The notes under the pieces were generated by a model. The model worked only from the letters and a program-made list of their open reading frames with translations. It was not told where the DNA came from and made no database searches. Positions 39,975 through 49,454 of a stretch of 59,670 nt of DNA are shown piece by piece (the first letter of the stretch is position 1; every line of letters begins with the position of its first letter). Origin of the DNA: a bacterium (GTDB lineage Bacteria; Zixibacteria; MSB-5A5; GN15; FEB-12); NCBI GenBank assembly GCA_043811375.1, contig JBDRNJ010000040.1, positions 1 through 59,670 on the forward strand, given 5' to 3'. The position numbers and the translations under genes were made by a program.

Positions 39975-40086
39975 GTGCACATTATCTTGTAACCGAACTT
40001 CGGCTAATCTGTTTCCAAAAATATCGAAATCAAGCTTTTTCTTCCCGATTCTGCCTCTTAATGGCACACTAACTACATTAACGAGC

Positions 40087-40122
40087 TTGACAAGACATCA
40101 TATTTGGCGATATTACCAAATA
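40087..40122 (+). promoter_or_regulatory. TTGACA -35 plus ArsR-type inverted-repeat operator
   Basis: TATTTGG-cgatatta-CCAAATA at 40101-40122, just upstream of the ArsR gene. Confidence 0.6.
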
Positions 40123-40147
40123 AACAATTCTGAAACCGGAGTTTTCT

Positions 40148-40468
40148 TTGAATAGACGAACCAGAACCCGTCTGCAGGCCCAGGCCAGAGTACTGCGGGC
40201 CATGGCTCATCCCACTCGATTACTGATTGTGCAGGAACTGGCGCAGCAGGAAAAATGCGTCCACGAGTTAACCGAAACGGCGGAGGTAGACATGTCGACC
40301 GTCTCCAGGCACCTGGCCCAATTGCGCAGCGTCGGTATCGTGGCCGATGAAAAGCGGAGCGCCAGAGTCTATTATCGTCTGAAAACACCCTGCGTGCTGA
40401 GATTCCTGGAGTGTGTCCAAACCGTTATAGAGTCCTCGGCACGCGACCAACTGAAGCTGATAAGGTAA
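40148..40468 (+). CDS. ArsR/SmtB family transcriptional repressor
   Basis: AMAHPTRL, CVHEL, STVSRHLAQL..VG. Confidence 0.92.
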   Translation: MNRRTRTRLQAQARVLRAMAHPTRLLIVQELAQQEKCVHELTETAEVDMSTVSRHLAQLRSVGIVADEKRSARVYYRLKTPCVLRFLECVQTVIESSARDQLKLIR

Positions 40469-40499
40469 GCAGAGTCACTGACCTCTGTGAGCAAACGGG

Positions 40500-41795
40500 A
40501 TGAACATCAAAGCTGAGATCAAGCCGCTGGCAGCAGTGATATTACTTTTTCTGGCCTGCTTTTTCCTTCCGGTGGGACACAACAGATTCGATTCGGCCGT
40601 TCTTGAGGCGCTGTTGCTGGTCAAATGGTACGCCCGGGAGCACTTGGTAATGTGTCTAATTCCGGCCTTTTTTATTGCCGGCGCCATCGGCACTTTTTTA
40701 AACCAATCATCGGTAATGAAGTATCTTGGTGAAGGCAGCAAGATTGTCGCTTACGGGGTGGCCTCGGTTTCGGGGACGATACTGGCTGTCTGCTCATGCA
40801 CGGTGTTGCCGTTGTTTGCCGGTATCTACCAGATGGGGGCCGGTCTGGGACCGGCATCGGCGTTTCTCTATTCCGGACCGGCAGTGAACGTTCTGGCCAT
40901 AATACTGACCGCCCGCATCCTGGGTCCCGAGTTGGGCCTGGCCCGAGCCGTGGGCGCGGTGGTATTCAGTATTATTATCGGTTTGCTGATGCACCTCATT
41001 TTTCGTCGTGACGAAACCCGGCGCTCGGCATCGTCGATGGCGATACCCGATCAACCGGCCGGTCGACCGTTGTGGCAAAACGCACTGTTCTTTGCCGCTT
41101 TGGTGACAATCCTTGTCTTTGCCAATCTCAGCGAATCCGGCACGGGCGGGAGGGTTTGGCAGGCACTTCAAGCGGTGCGATGGTCCATCACCGGCCTGGC
41201 CGGTCTCGGACTGGGAGCGATGCTGGTTTTCTGGTTCGGCATAAAATGGCAACCAACAGCAGCTATTGCCCTGGTTACAGTAATTCTGGCGACCCTGCTG
41301 GGAGACTACCCGATAGTTCCTTTTGCCTTCGCCACTGCCGGTCTGGCGGTGGTGACCGCACTTGATCGTGGCGAGGCGGGCGAATGGCTGGCTTCATCGT
41401 GGGGTTTCGCCAAACAGATTCTGCCGCTTCTGCTGGCCGGTGTATTTGTGGCCGGACTGCTGCTGGGACGACCCGGTCAGGAAGGGATAATACCCGGCAA
41501 TTGGATCAGCTCGGCCGTGGGCGGCAACTCGCTGGGGGCCAACCTGGCGGCGTCGGTCGCCGGTGCTTTCATGTACTTCGCCACACTGACCGAAATTCCA
41601 ATCCTGCAGGGGTTGCTGGGTAGTGGTATGGGCCAGGGTCCGGCCCTGGCGCTGCTATTGGCCGGTCCGGCACTGTCACTGCCGAACATGCTGGTAATCA
41701 GGTCGGTAGTGGGAACCAGGAAAACCGTTGTCTTTGTGACACTGGTTGTGGTAATGGCAACCTTAACCGGTGTTGTCTATGGTGCTTTTATCTGA
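40500..41795 (+). CDS. ArsP/DUF318 family permease
   Basis: AVCSCTVLPLFAG, FLYSGPAVN, YFATLTEIP, GPALSLP. Confidence 0.88.
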   Translation: MNIKAEIKPLAAVILLFLACFFLPVGHNRFDSAVLEALLLVKWYAREHLVMCLIPAFFIAGAIGTFLNQSSVMKYLGEGSKIVAYGVASVSGTILAVCSCTVLPLFAGIYQMGAGLGPASAFLYSGPAVNVLAIILTARILGPELGLARAVGAVVFSIIIGLLMHLIFRRDETRRSASSMAIPDQPAGRPLWQNALFFAALVTILVFANLSESGTGGRVWQALQAVRWSITGLAGLGLGAMLVFWFGIKWQPTAAIALVTVILATLLGDYPIVPFAFATAGLAVVTALDRGEAGEWLASSWGFAKQILPLLLAGVFVAGLLLGRPGQEGIIPGNWISSAVGGNSLGANLAASVAGAFMYFATLTEIPILQGLLGSGMGQGPALALLLAGPALSLPNMLVIRSVVGTRKTVVFVTLVVVMATLTGVVYGAFI

Positions 41796-41808
41796 TCGGA
41801 GACAGTCT

Positions 41809-42042
41809 ATGAAAAAGATTCAAATCCTCGGACCGGGCTGTGACAAATGTGTCCGGTTGTACGAAACCACGCAGGAAGCCATCAACGCTATCGGGCTTGA
41901 ATGCGAACTGGAAAAGGTTACTGACCTGCAGCAGATTCTTGCTTATGGCGTGATGATGACTCCCGCGCTGGTCGTCGATGGACAGGTGAAACTGGTGGGT
42001 AAGGTACCCGCCAGACAGGAAATCGAAAAACTACTGATGTAA
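41809..42042 (+). CDS. Small thioredoxin-like redox protein (MTH895/ArsE-like)
   Basis: ILGPGCDKC, YGVMMTPALVVDG. Confidence 0.88.
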   Translation: MKKIQILGPGCDKCVRLYETTQEAINAIGLECELEKVTDLQQILAYGVMMTPALVVDGQVKLVGKVPARQEIEKLLM

Positions 42043-42074
42043 GTATTAGTGACATCAGGCGAGAAGTCTGATCG

Positions 42075-42111
42075 CAGCCAGTAGGGCGGGTCCGTCTTCG
42101 AACCCGCCAGC
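42075..42111 (+). repeat. GTAG-type REP palindrome
   Basis: Identical (inverted) to 14986-15022. Confidence 0.85.
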
Positions 42112-42225
42112 TTTTCTCGTTATAAGATAAAAGCGACTTGCCGCCTTCGCGGGGATGACGAGTGTGATGGCAATTGAGTATGATAGAACTTTTTTTCAAC
42201 AACTTGTTAGAGGAGAAAACATGAT

Positions 42226-42732
42226 ATGAAACCGAAGTCAATTATCGTCGCCGTACTGCTGTTGTTCGTGGTGGTGAGCCTGGTTTATCTGGCCGTTAAA
42301 CAGTCCGGCAGTGAAACCATTTCGGATGAATCCGCGGTGGCGTCCCGAGATACCACCGTCGGGACAGACAGCTCGGAATCGGCAGCCGAGCATCAGGTTA
42401 TCGCCTACTACTTCCACGGCGAACGACGCTGTCCCACCTGCCTGAAGATCGAGGACCTGTCCAGGCGGACACTTGAATCCGGCTTTTTCGAAGAACTCAA
42501 GGACGATCGGCTGCAGTGGCAGGTGGTCAATTTCGAGGAAGCCGGCAACGAACATTATGCCGAACAGTTCCAGCTACATACTCAGACACTCATACTCGTT
42601 GACAAACGTCGTGGTCGGGTGGTCCGATGGCGCAACCTCGAAAGAGTCTGGGAATTGGTTCACGACGAACCGGCTTTTGAAAAATACGTGCAACGAATGA
42701 CGCGGTTATATGTTGAGGGCTTTGATGGATAG
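42226..42732 (+). CDS. Exported thioredoxin-fold protein (ArsF-like)
   Basis: N-terminal anchor, YYFHGERRCPTC..IE. Confidence 0.8.
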   Translation: MKPKSIIVAVLLLFVVVSLVYLAVKQSGSETISDESAVASRDTTVGTDSSESAAEHQVIAYYFHGERRCPTCLKIEDLSRRTLESGFFEELKDDRLQWQVVNFEEAGNEHYAEQFQLHTQTLILVDKRRGRVVRWRNLERVWELVHDEPAFEKYVQRMTRLYVEGFDG

Positions 42733-43414
42733 CTTTTCAGCAGGCGTGGCGACAGCCTTGTGGCTGGGTATTCTGACCTCAATCAGCCCCTGCCCGCTGG
42801 CAACCAACATTGCCGCGATTTCGTATATCGGTCGGCGGGTCGGCAGTCCGCGAGGTGTCTTCCTGTCCGGTCTGCTCTACACCGCCGGCCGGGCGCTGGT
42901 GTATATCATCATGGCAGCCGTTATCGTTACCGCTCTGCTCTCGGTCACCGAGGTTTCCCGGTGGCTTCAAAAACATATGAATCAGATCCTGGGACCGGTC
43001 CTTATTCTGGCCGGGATGGTTCTCACCGGACTTGTTCGACTACCGATGTTCGGCGGTGGCGTTTCTGAAAAAACCCGGCACCGGGCCGACTCTTTCGGTG
43101 TGCTGGGCGCCGGATTTCTCGGCATCGTCTTTGCTCTGTCGTTTTGTCCGGTATCGGCCGCCTTGTTTTTCGGCAGCCTGGTTCCGGTCTCGGTGCAGTG
43201 CCAGTCTACTATAACCGTACCGCTGGTCTACGGCATCGGCACCGCCCTGCCGGTTCTCGTGTTTGCCGGACTGATAGCTTTTGGCGCCAGATCAGTAGGC
43301 CGTGCCTACGACAGATTGTCGCAAATCGAAAGCTGGGCCAGGCGAATCACCGGTATGGTGTTTATCATCGTCGGTGTTTATCTCTGCCTTGTTTACGTGT
43401 TCGGCGTACTGTAA
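42725..43414 (+). CDS. ArsG-like / DsbD-CcdA-type transmembrane protein
   Basis: SISPCPLATNI and ALSFCPVS Cys motifs, about 6 TMs. Confidence 0.82.
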   Translation: MDSFSAGVATALWLGILTSISPCPLATNIAAISYIGRRVGSPRGVFLSGLLYTAGRALVYIIMAAVIVTALLSVTEVSRWLQKHMNQILGPVLILAGMVLTGLVRLPMFGGGVSEKTRHRADSFGVLGAGFLGIVFALSFCPVSAALFFGSLVPVSVQCQSTITVPLVYGIGTALPVLVFAGLIAFGARSVGRAYDRLSQIESWARRITGMVFIIVGVYLCLVYVFGVL

Positions 43415-43550
43415 CCACCGGGCATCATGTTTCTTTGGCGTGGCGTCAGGCGATAAGCTATATTGCCGGTCAGGTAACTATGGCGAATCTAAAATAAGCC
43501 GAGGAACAGGATAAACCGCCGGAACATAAATACGTAAGAGAGCAGCAAGT

Positions 43551-45245
43551 ATGAGCAAGGACGACGACTCGAAACCTTCACATTTTATCCGCGACATCAT
43601 TGAAGAGGACAACCGAACCGGCAAATACGAAAACCGCGTTCACACCCGGTTCCCCCCGGAACCCAACGGCTACCTGCATATCGGTCACGCCAAGTCTATC
43701 TGTCTGAATTTCGGACTGGCTAAGCAGTACGGCGGACTTTGCAATCTGCGCTTCGACGATACCAATCCCAGCAAGGAAGAAACGGAGTATGTCGATTCCA
43801 TCATGGAAGATATCCGCTGGCTGGGTTTCGATTGGAGTGACCGGTTGTTTTATGCCTCGGACTACTTTGAGCAGTTGTACCTGTGGGCGGTGCAGCTTAT
43901 AAAGCAGGGTCAGGCCTACGTCTGCGATCTCAGCGGCGACGAGATCAGGCAGTATCGTGGCACGTTGACCGAACCGGGCCGGGAAAGTCCTTACCGTAAC
44001 CGCTCGGTCGAGGAAAACCTGGGCCTGTTTGAGCGGATGCGCTCCGGCGAATTCGAGGATGGCTCGCGTGTCTTGCGGGCCAGGATCGACATGGCCGCCG
44101 GCAACCTGAACCTGCGCGATCCGGTAATGTACCGTATCCTGCACGCGCCGCACCATCGCACCGGTGACAAGTGGTGTATTTATCCGATGTATGACTGGGC
44201 GCACGGGCAGTCGGACTCTATCGAGAACATTACGCATTCACTTTGTTCCATCGAGTTCGAGGACCATCGGCCATTGTACAACTGGTTTCTGGAGGCGCTG
44301 GGTGTCTATCACCCCGAACAGACTGAGTTTGCGCGGCTGGACCTGACCTACAACGTTTTAAGCAAACGCAGGCTGCTGCAACTGGTAGAAGAAAACCACG
44401 TCAACGGCTGGGACGACCCCCGGATACCGACACTGTGCGGTTTGCGTCGTCGCGGCTATACGCCCGAGGCGGTACGCGACTTCGTTGACCGGGTCGGTAT
44501 GGCCAAGAAAAAGGGCAGTATCGCCGACATTGCCCTTCTGGAACACTGCCTGCGCGAAGACCTGAACAAACATGCCCGGCGGGTTATGGCGGTGCTGCAT
44601 TCACTCAAGGTGATCATCGACAACTACCCCGAAGACAAAGTGGAAGAGTTGGAGGCGGTCAACAACCCGGAAGACGAGTCGGCAGGAACGCGGCTGGTCC
44701 CGTTTTCACGCGAGTTATATATCGAGCGCGACGACTTCTGTGAGGACCCGCCTAAAAAGTTCTTCAGGCTGGCGCCAGGCCGCGAGGTGCGCCTTAAACA
44801 TGCCTATTTCATCAAGTGCGAACGGGTAGTCAAAGATGACAAAACCGGTGAGCCGGTTGAATTGCACTGCACTTATGACCCTGCTTCACGCGGGGGAGGG
44901 TCGCCGGACGGACGTAAAGTGAAGGGTACGCTGCAGTGGGTATCGGCGGCGCAAGCGGTCAGGGCCGAGGTTCGCCTTTACGATCATTTGTTCACGAAAG
45001 AAAACCCCAACGATGTAGACGAAGGCGGCAGTTTCACCGATTATCTTAATCCCAATTCACTTGAGACTCTGACCGATTGTATGGTTGAGCCATCACTGTG
45101 CGATGCCGCCCCCGGCAGTCGCTTTCAGTTTTTACGTCACGGTTACTTCTGTGTTGACACAGTTGACACCAAACCGGCGATGCCGGTCTTTAACCGCACC
45201 GTCTCCCTTCGCGACACCTGGGCCAAGATACAGAAAGGGAAGTAG
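43551..45245 (+). CDS. glnS: Glutaminyl-tRNA synthetase
   Basis: [32 protein letters not shown]. Confidence 0.97.
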   Translation: MSKDDDSKPSHFIRDIIEEDNRTGKYENRVHTRFPPEPNGYLHIGHAKSICLNFGLAKQYGGLCNLRFDDTNPSKEETEYVDSIMEDIRWLGFDWSDRLFYASDYFEQLYLWAVQLIKQGQAYVCDLSGDEIRQYRGTLTEPGRESPYRNRSVEENLGLFERMRSGEFEDGSRVLRARIDMAAGNLNLRDPVMYRILHAPHHRTGDKWCIYPMYDWAHGQSDSIENITHSLCSIEFEDHRPLYNWFLEALGVYHPEQTEFARLDLTYNVLSKRRLLQLVEENHVNGWDDPRIPTLCGLRRRGYTPEAVRDFVDRVGMAKKKGSIADIALLEHCLREDLNKHARRVMAVLHSLKVIIDNYPEDKVEELEAVNNPEDESAGTRLVPFSRELYIERDDFCEDPPKKFFRLAPGREVRLKHAYFIKCERVVKDDKTGEPVELHCTYDPASRGGGSPDGRKVKGTLQWVSAAQAVRAEVRLYDHLFTKENPNDVDEGGSFTDYLNPNSLETLTDCMVEPSLCDAAPGSRFQFLRHGYFCVDTVDTKPAMPVFNRTVSLRDTWAKIQKGK

Positions 45246-45318
45246 GGGAATTCCCGCCATTAAAAATGCAGTGTTACAACTGCGACCAGAGATTTTCCGT
45301 TGCGTGGCGGACAAAGTT

Positions 45319-45362
45319 AGTGAATGGCAGAAGCCCTGGTGCTTCTGCCATTCACTTTATTT
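45319..45362. terminator. Terminator hairpin between glnS and the convergent gene
   Basis: AGTGAATGGCAGAAGC / GCTTCTGCCATTCACT 16-bp stem followed by TTATTT. Confidence 0.75.
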
Positions 45363-45379
45363 TGAAGGATTATCCATTC

Positions 45380-46264
45380 TCAGGGACACGGCGGTGGTGC
45401 CGGGCCGCCCTGGAACAGATACGCAACCAGATACGTCAAATCACCCACGTCGATAGCACCGCTGCCGTCGACATCACCCTCTTCCAGGCATGGTGGCGCC
45501 GGGCCACCCTGGAAGAGATATGCAACCAGGTAAGTCAGGTCACCAACGTCCAGACCCATAGAGTAGTCGGCGTCACCGCGGATGCCGTCATGGTTACAGC
45601 AGGGGCCGGTTATCACAAAGGCCAGATCAATCGCACCACCTGTAATGGGGTCTGCAATCGCCCACCAGAAAGGTGAGTACCAGAAGACAGCGGCATCGTT
45701 CCAATGCGGCTCAGATTCCTTCCAGCCAATAAACGGAAGAGGCCCGAAGTCGATCTCCAGCCAGTAGATAACACCATCCTGCTGAATGTGCGGCTGCGGG
45801 ATCTCTTCTATGTTGATCTGAAACCGGCGCATATGATTATCCGGCAGATAACCTCCCGAGGAAGGATCATACCAGCCCTGCAAATCAGGCTCCCATTCGA
45901 CAATTGTGATATCACTGGCAGTAAAAATGCGATCCCAGAGCAGGACGTTCGGCTGACTCCAGCCGAGTGGGCCGGAAGGGTTGTTCGACCAGATGCCGAT
46001 CCGTATGTCACCGATGGGCTGCACCATATCCTGATACCATGAAATCCAGAAGTGGATATCTGTCACTGGGCCTGTCTCCGTACATAGCCAATCGTCTGCC
46101 AGGCGTGAGGAGGCAAACTCGACATCCCAGCCGCCCGGCATGGGCGTTTGAGGAAAATGCATTTTGTGGTCGTCCCCTGGCCACCAGTCGGCCATCGCCG
46201 GCGCAACCGCCAAACAGACGACCAGCGCAATTGTAATGGGTACCATAGCAATCTTGCTTTTCAT
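45380..46264 (-). CDS. Secreted protein with HKMHFPQ..GWDV (DUF7901-like) domain and C-terminal dockerin-like module
   Basis: GAGGAG RBS, signal peptide, twin GD.D..G..DVGDLTYLVAYLF repeats. Confidence 0.8.
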   Translation of the reverse strand: MKSKIAMVPITIALVVCLAVAPAMADWWPGDDHKMHFPQTPMPGGWDVEFASSRLADDWLCTETGPVTDIHFWISWYQDMVQPIGDIRIGIWSNNPSGPLGWSQPNVLLWDRIFTASDITIVEWEPDLQGWYDPSSGGYLPDNHMRRFQINIEEIPQPHIQQDGVIYWLEIDFGPLPFIGWKESEPHWNDAAVFWYSPFWWAIADPITGGAIDLAFVITGPCCNHDGIRGDADYSMGLDVGDLTYLVAYLFQGGPAPPCLEEGDVDGSGAIDVGDLTYLVAYLFQGGPAPPPCP

Positions 46265-46791
46265 AGTTCTTCTCCTCAAACCGTCGTTAATTCGTTTAGA
46301 ATTGATGGGTCCAAAAAGCCAGTGAATTCGATACATTCACTCGGCCAGAAACAGCAACGGCGCTACCTAACCGCTCGACGTCTTTTCCATATGCTTTCCT
46401 CCCGACTTTTCATGCGATCACAACGTGATGTATCTGATAAGTTCAAAGAGCTATCCGATAACCCTTCTCCTGGCACTAAGTACATGCAGTTACAGATCCC
46501 CGTCTAGGCAAGGATAGTAAACCCATAGATGAGACGAGAACAGACTATAATCTAAAAGTACTACTTTGGTCGAATATGTCAAGTATTTTGTTGGACAACC
46601 CTTTGTCGGAAATTCTGTAAGCAAATCGGTAACAACTTACTTGACGGGTTTTTGAGACAGCCTCTCCACGTCTGCCCCACTACGACAGTTGTTGATACAA
46701 GGGCAGAACCCGCAGCGGTTCTGCCAACCAAGACAATGGCAGAAGCACCAGGGCTTCTGCCATTCACTTTATTTTGAAGGATTATCCTTTC

Positions 46792-47672
46792 TCAGGGACA
46801 TGGTGGCGGCGCCGGACCACTCTGGAACAGATACGCAACCTGATACGTCAAATCACCCACGTCGATAGCACCGCTGCCATCAACATCGCCTTCGTCCAGA
46901 CATGGTGGTGCCGGACCGCTCTGGAAGAGATATGCCACCAGGTAAGTCAGGTCACCAACATCCAGACCCATGGAGTAGTCGGCATCGCCGCGGATGCCGT
47001 CATGATTACAGCAGCCCGCAATCTCAAAACAGTGCGGTCCTGACCAGCCTGGGACAAAACTCGACCCTATGTCCTCAGTCCAGAGCCAGGGGTTTGTCGC
47101 CGGCGGCGGCGGCTGGAACGACGAGTCGATACACAGGGTATCGCCAACATTCGCCTGATAAACCTTGGTCTCGATCCACCAGACCGTAGCGTCAAAGGGC
47201 GCCGGGATGCCACTTCCCATCATAGCGTCACCGTTGATACCGGCCGTGTCGGCCCCCGAACCATTGGCGCTCCAATAGTTGATCGAAAGAATCAGGTCGA
47301 ACCTTGCCGGCCAACCATGGCTTACCGTATCGAGGACTATCGGCTGCCAGGTGGCGCCGTCAGGCGAGTAAACACGGAATCCGTTGGCAAATCTGTGAAT
47401 AGGCCGACCGGCCAAGTACTTCCACCGCATCATGAACTTGATGTCCTGTTCGGCAGTGAGCTTGCCATCCGAGTTCAAGCCATAAACAGTGTCCAGTACT
47501 ATGGCGCTGTCGGACTGTGAGGCAAACTCGACATCCCAGCCGCCCGGCATGGGCGTTTGAGGAAAATGCATTTTGTGGTCGTCCCCCGGCCACCAGTCGG
47601 ACATCGCCGGTGCAACCGCCAAACAGACGACCAGCGCAATTGTGAGGGTACAATAGCAATCTTACTTTTCAT
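46792..47672 (-). pseudogene. Frameshifted paralog with a different central domain and the same dockerin-like C-terminus
   Basis: 1-bp deletion near 47645 relative to copy 1 splits the signal peptide (ORFs 47499-47687 and 46792-47622). Confidence 0.75.
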
Positions 47673-48151
47673 AGTTCTTCTCCTCAAACCGTTGTCAATT
47701 TGTTTAGAATTAATGGGTTTAAAATCAATGAATTCGGCACATTCACCCGGCCGAAAACAGCAACAGCGCTACCTAAGCGCTTGTGTCTCTTCCATATTCT
47801 TTCCTCCCGACTTTTCATGCGATTACAACATGATGTATCTGATAAGTTCAAAGAGCTATCCGATAACCCTTCTCCTGACACTAAGTACATGCAGTTACAG
47901 ATCCCTGCCCTGACAAAGATCGTAAACCCATAGATGAGACGAGATCAGACTGTATTCTAAAAGTACTACTTTGGTCGAATATGTCAAGTGTTTTGTTGGA
48001 CAACCCTTTGTCGGAAATTCTGCAAGTGAATAGGTTGCAACATACTTGACAGATTTTTGAGACAGCCCCTCCACGTCTACGCCACTACGACAGTTATAGT
48101 AGGGCAGAACCCGCCGTGGTTCTGCGAGCCATAACGATCGCAGTAGCATCC

Positions 48152-49006
48152 CTACCCCTTGTCATCCCCCTCAAAATCGCGGCTGAGTTTGCCCTTGGCG
48201 ATCAGTTCTTTTTTCTTGTTGTTGATGACCGACTTGCGCACCTTCATCGTTTCCTCGCCAAAAAGCGCAAACCGTAACCACTGATAGGCGAACTTGAGCA
48301 ACTCGATATCGTCGGTCTTGATTTTCTCGACGGTGGCTTTGTCGATCTCGAACTTATCGAGAAAGCTGCTGTCAAACACAAAGCTGCGGAAACGGTCGAT
48401 ATCGTAGCAGCCTAAGAAAAACAACTCGACTTTCTGGGGCGGGAACGGCTCGTCATCACGGATGAACTTGTGCGTGGTCAGTTCCTTGAAGAACTCGCCC
48501 ATCCGGTTGTATTCGTCAATCCCCTGGTCGTCCAGCCATTTGCCGACGGTCCACTGCTTGTCCTCGTTGAACCCTTTACAGACATCCTCTTTGAGCAGAA
48601 AGTAGAACTCTTCTTCCAGTTCGTCGGAAGATTCACCGGGTGATGCCAGCCCCAGCGGGTACATGCGGCAGGCCCAGGGCCGGTCCTCATAGACACTGCA
48701 CCCGGCCTCCTTAACGAAGGGGCATTTCTTCTTTTCATCGCCGCCCATCTGCAGCATAATCACCGGGTACTTAAGATTCTGATCAAAGGGCAGGATAGTG
48801 TATTTCTTGAGGAACTCCGTCGATGTCATCCCGAGTTTATTTTTCAGCCGGATGATATCGTAAGGTGTCAGGAAGATATTGACATCCCCGCAGCAGTCAT
48901 TGAAGCAGGAGACACCCGGGTGGCAGCGGAAGTAGAAGGTAGCGTTCTTGTCCAGACGAGGGTACTGCTTGAGTATTTCGTTTTTCAGATTCTCGATTTC
49001 TCTCAT
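48152..49006 (-). CDS. YkgJ-family cysteine-cluster protein
   Basis: F.C..GVSCFNDCC, CPF....CSVYEDRPWACRMYP. Confidence 0.85.
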   Translation of the reverse strand: MREIENLKNEILKQYPRLDKNATFYFRCHPGVSCFNDCCGDVNIFLTPYDIIRLKNKLGMTSTEFLKKYTILPFDQNLKYPVIMLQMGGDEKKKCPFVKEAGCSVYEDRPWACRMYPLGLASPGESSDELEEEFYFLLKEDVCKGFNEDKQWTVGKWLDDQGIDEYNRMGEFFKELTTHKFIRDDEPFPPQKVELFFLGCYDIDRFRSFVFDSSFLDKFEIDKATVEKIKTDDIELLKFAYQWLRFALFGEETMKVRKSVINNKKKELIAKGKLSRDFEGDDKG

Positions 49007-49009
49007 GGT

Positions 49010-49288
49010 TTACTCCTCATCCTCGACAATACGGTCCCGGTGGGCCTGCGACGACCAGGCCGGGAGCGGCCCTTCTTCGTCGGTCACGGGGTCATAGCGA
49101 TGCCGGTAAGAAACATTCTGATCGTATTCTGATCGCATCCATTCCCAGCCCTTGACATAGTAGGGGCAATCATCATTGAAGCAGACGAAGTGCGGATGCA
49201 GACCCCAGTTGGCATCGACCGGCGGCTGCCACTTGAGCATTTTAATCCCGCAGTGGGGACACAATTCTTTTGATTCTTTGTCGCTCAT
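49010..49288 (-). CDS. Small zinc-ribbon-like hypothetical protein
   Basis: GGGGAG RBS, CPHC ... CFNDDCPYY, SYR.RYDP. Confidence 0.7.
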   Translation of the reverse strand: MSDKESKELCPHCGIKMLKWQPPVDANWGLHPHFVCFNDDCPYYVKGWEWMRSEYDQNVSYRHRYDPVTDEEGPLPAWSSQAHRDRIVEDEE

Positions 49289-49380
49289 AATCTCCCCGGG
49301 CACAAACCGACACTCCAGTAGTGTCAAGTAAATGCCGGAATTCGTGTTCCGGTTTTCAACCCGGTCACGAAAACCGGGTA

Positions 49381-49421
49381 AAAACTGAAAGTCCTCCGGG
49401 CAGGCCAGCCGCCCGGAGGAC
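49381..49421 (-). terminator. Terminator after aprA
   Basis: GTCCTCCGGGC / GCCCGGAGGAC stem with a minus-strand U-rich tail. Confidence 0.65.
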
Positions 49422-49454
49422 CATATTGTCAAACAACAAGTGCCGAAATCACCC

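Larger units (their letters stand above)
45323..48125. repeat. Tandem duplication, unit about 1.41 kb (45323-46725 and 46735-48125), with non-homologous centres
   Basis: Terminator, 3' dockerin-coding part, 5' coding part and about 450 bp of upstream DNA align at offsets of about 1400-1412. Confidence 0.93.

Noticed and set aside
46640..46670. IS-like terminal motifs (TTTTGAGACAGCC here and near 48055; TTTTCAACAA near 9630 and 42195)
   Set aside because: No paired ends, target duplication or transposase. They are at most decayed remnants.
45323..48125. Diversity-generating retroelement (TR/VR pair)
   Set aside because: There is no reverse transcriptase in the window, and differences between copies are mostly synonymous-type transitions rather than adenine-specific.
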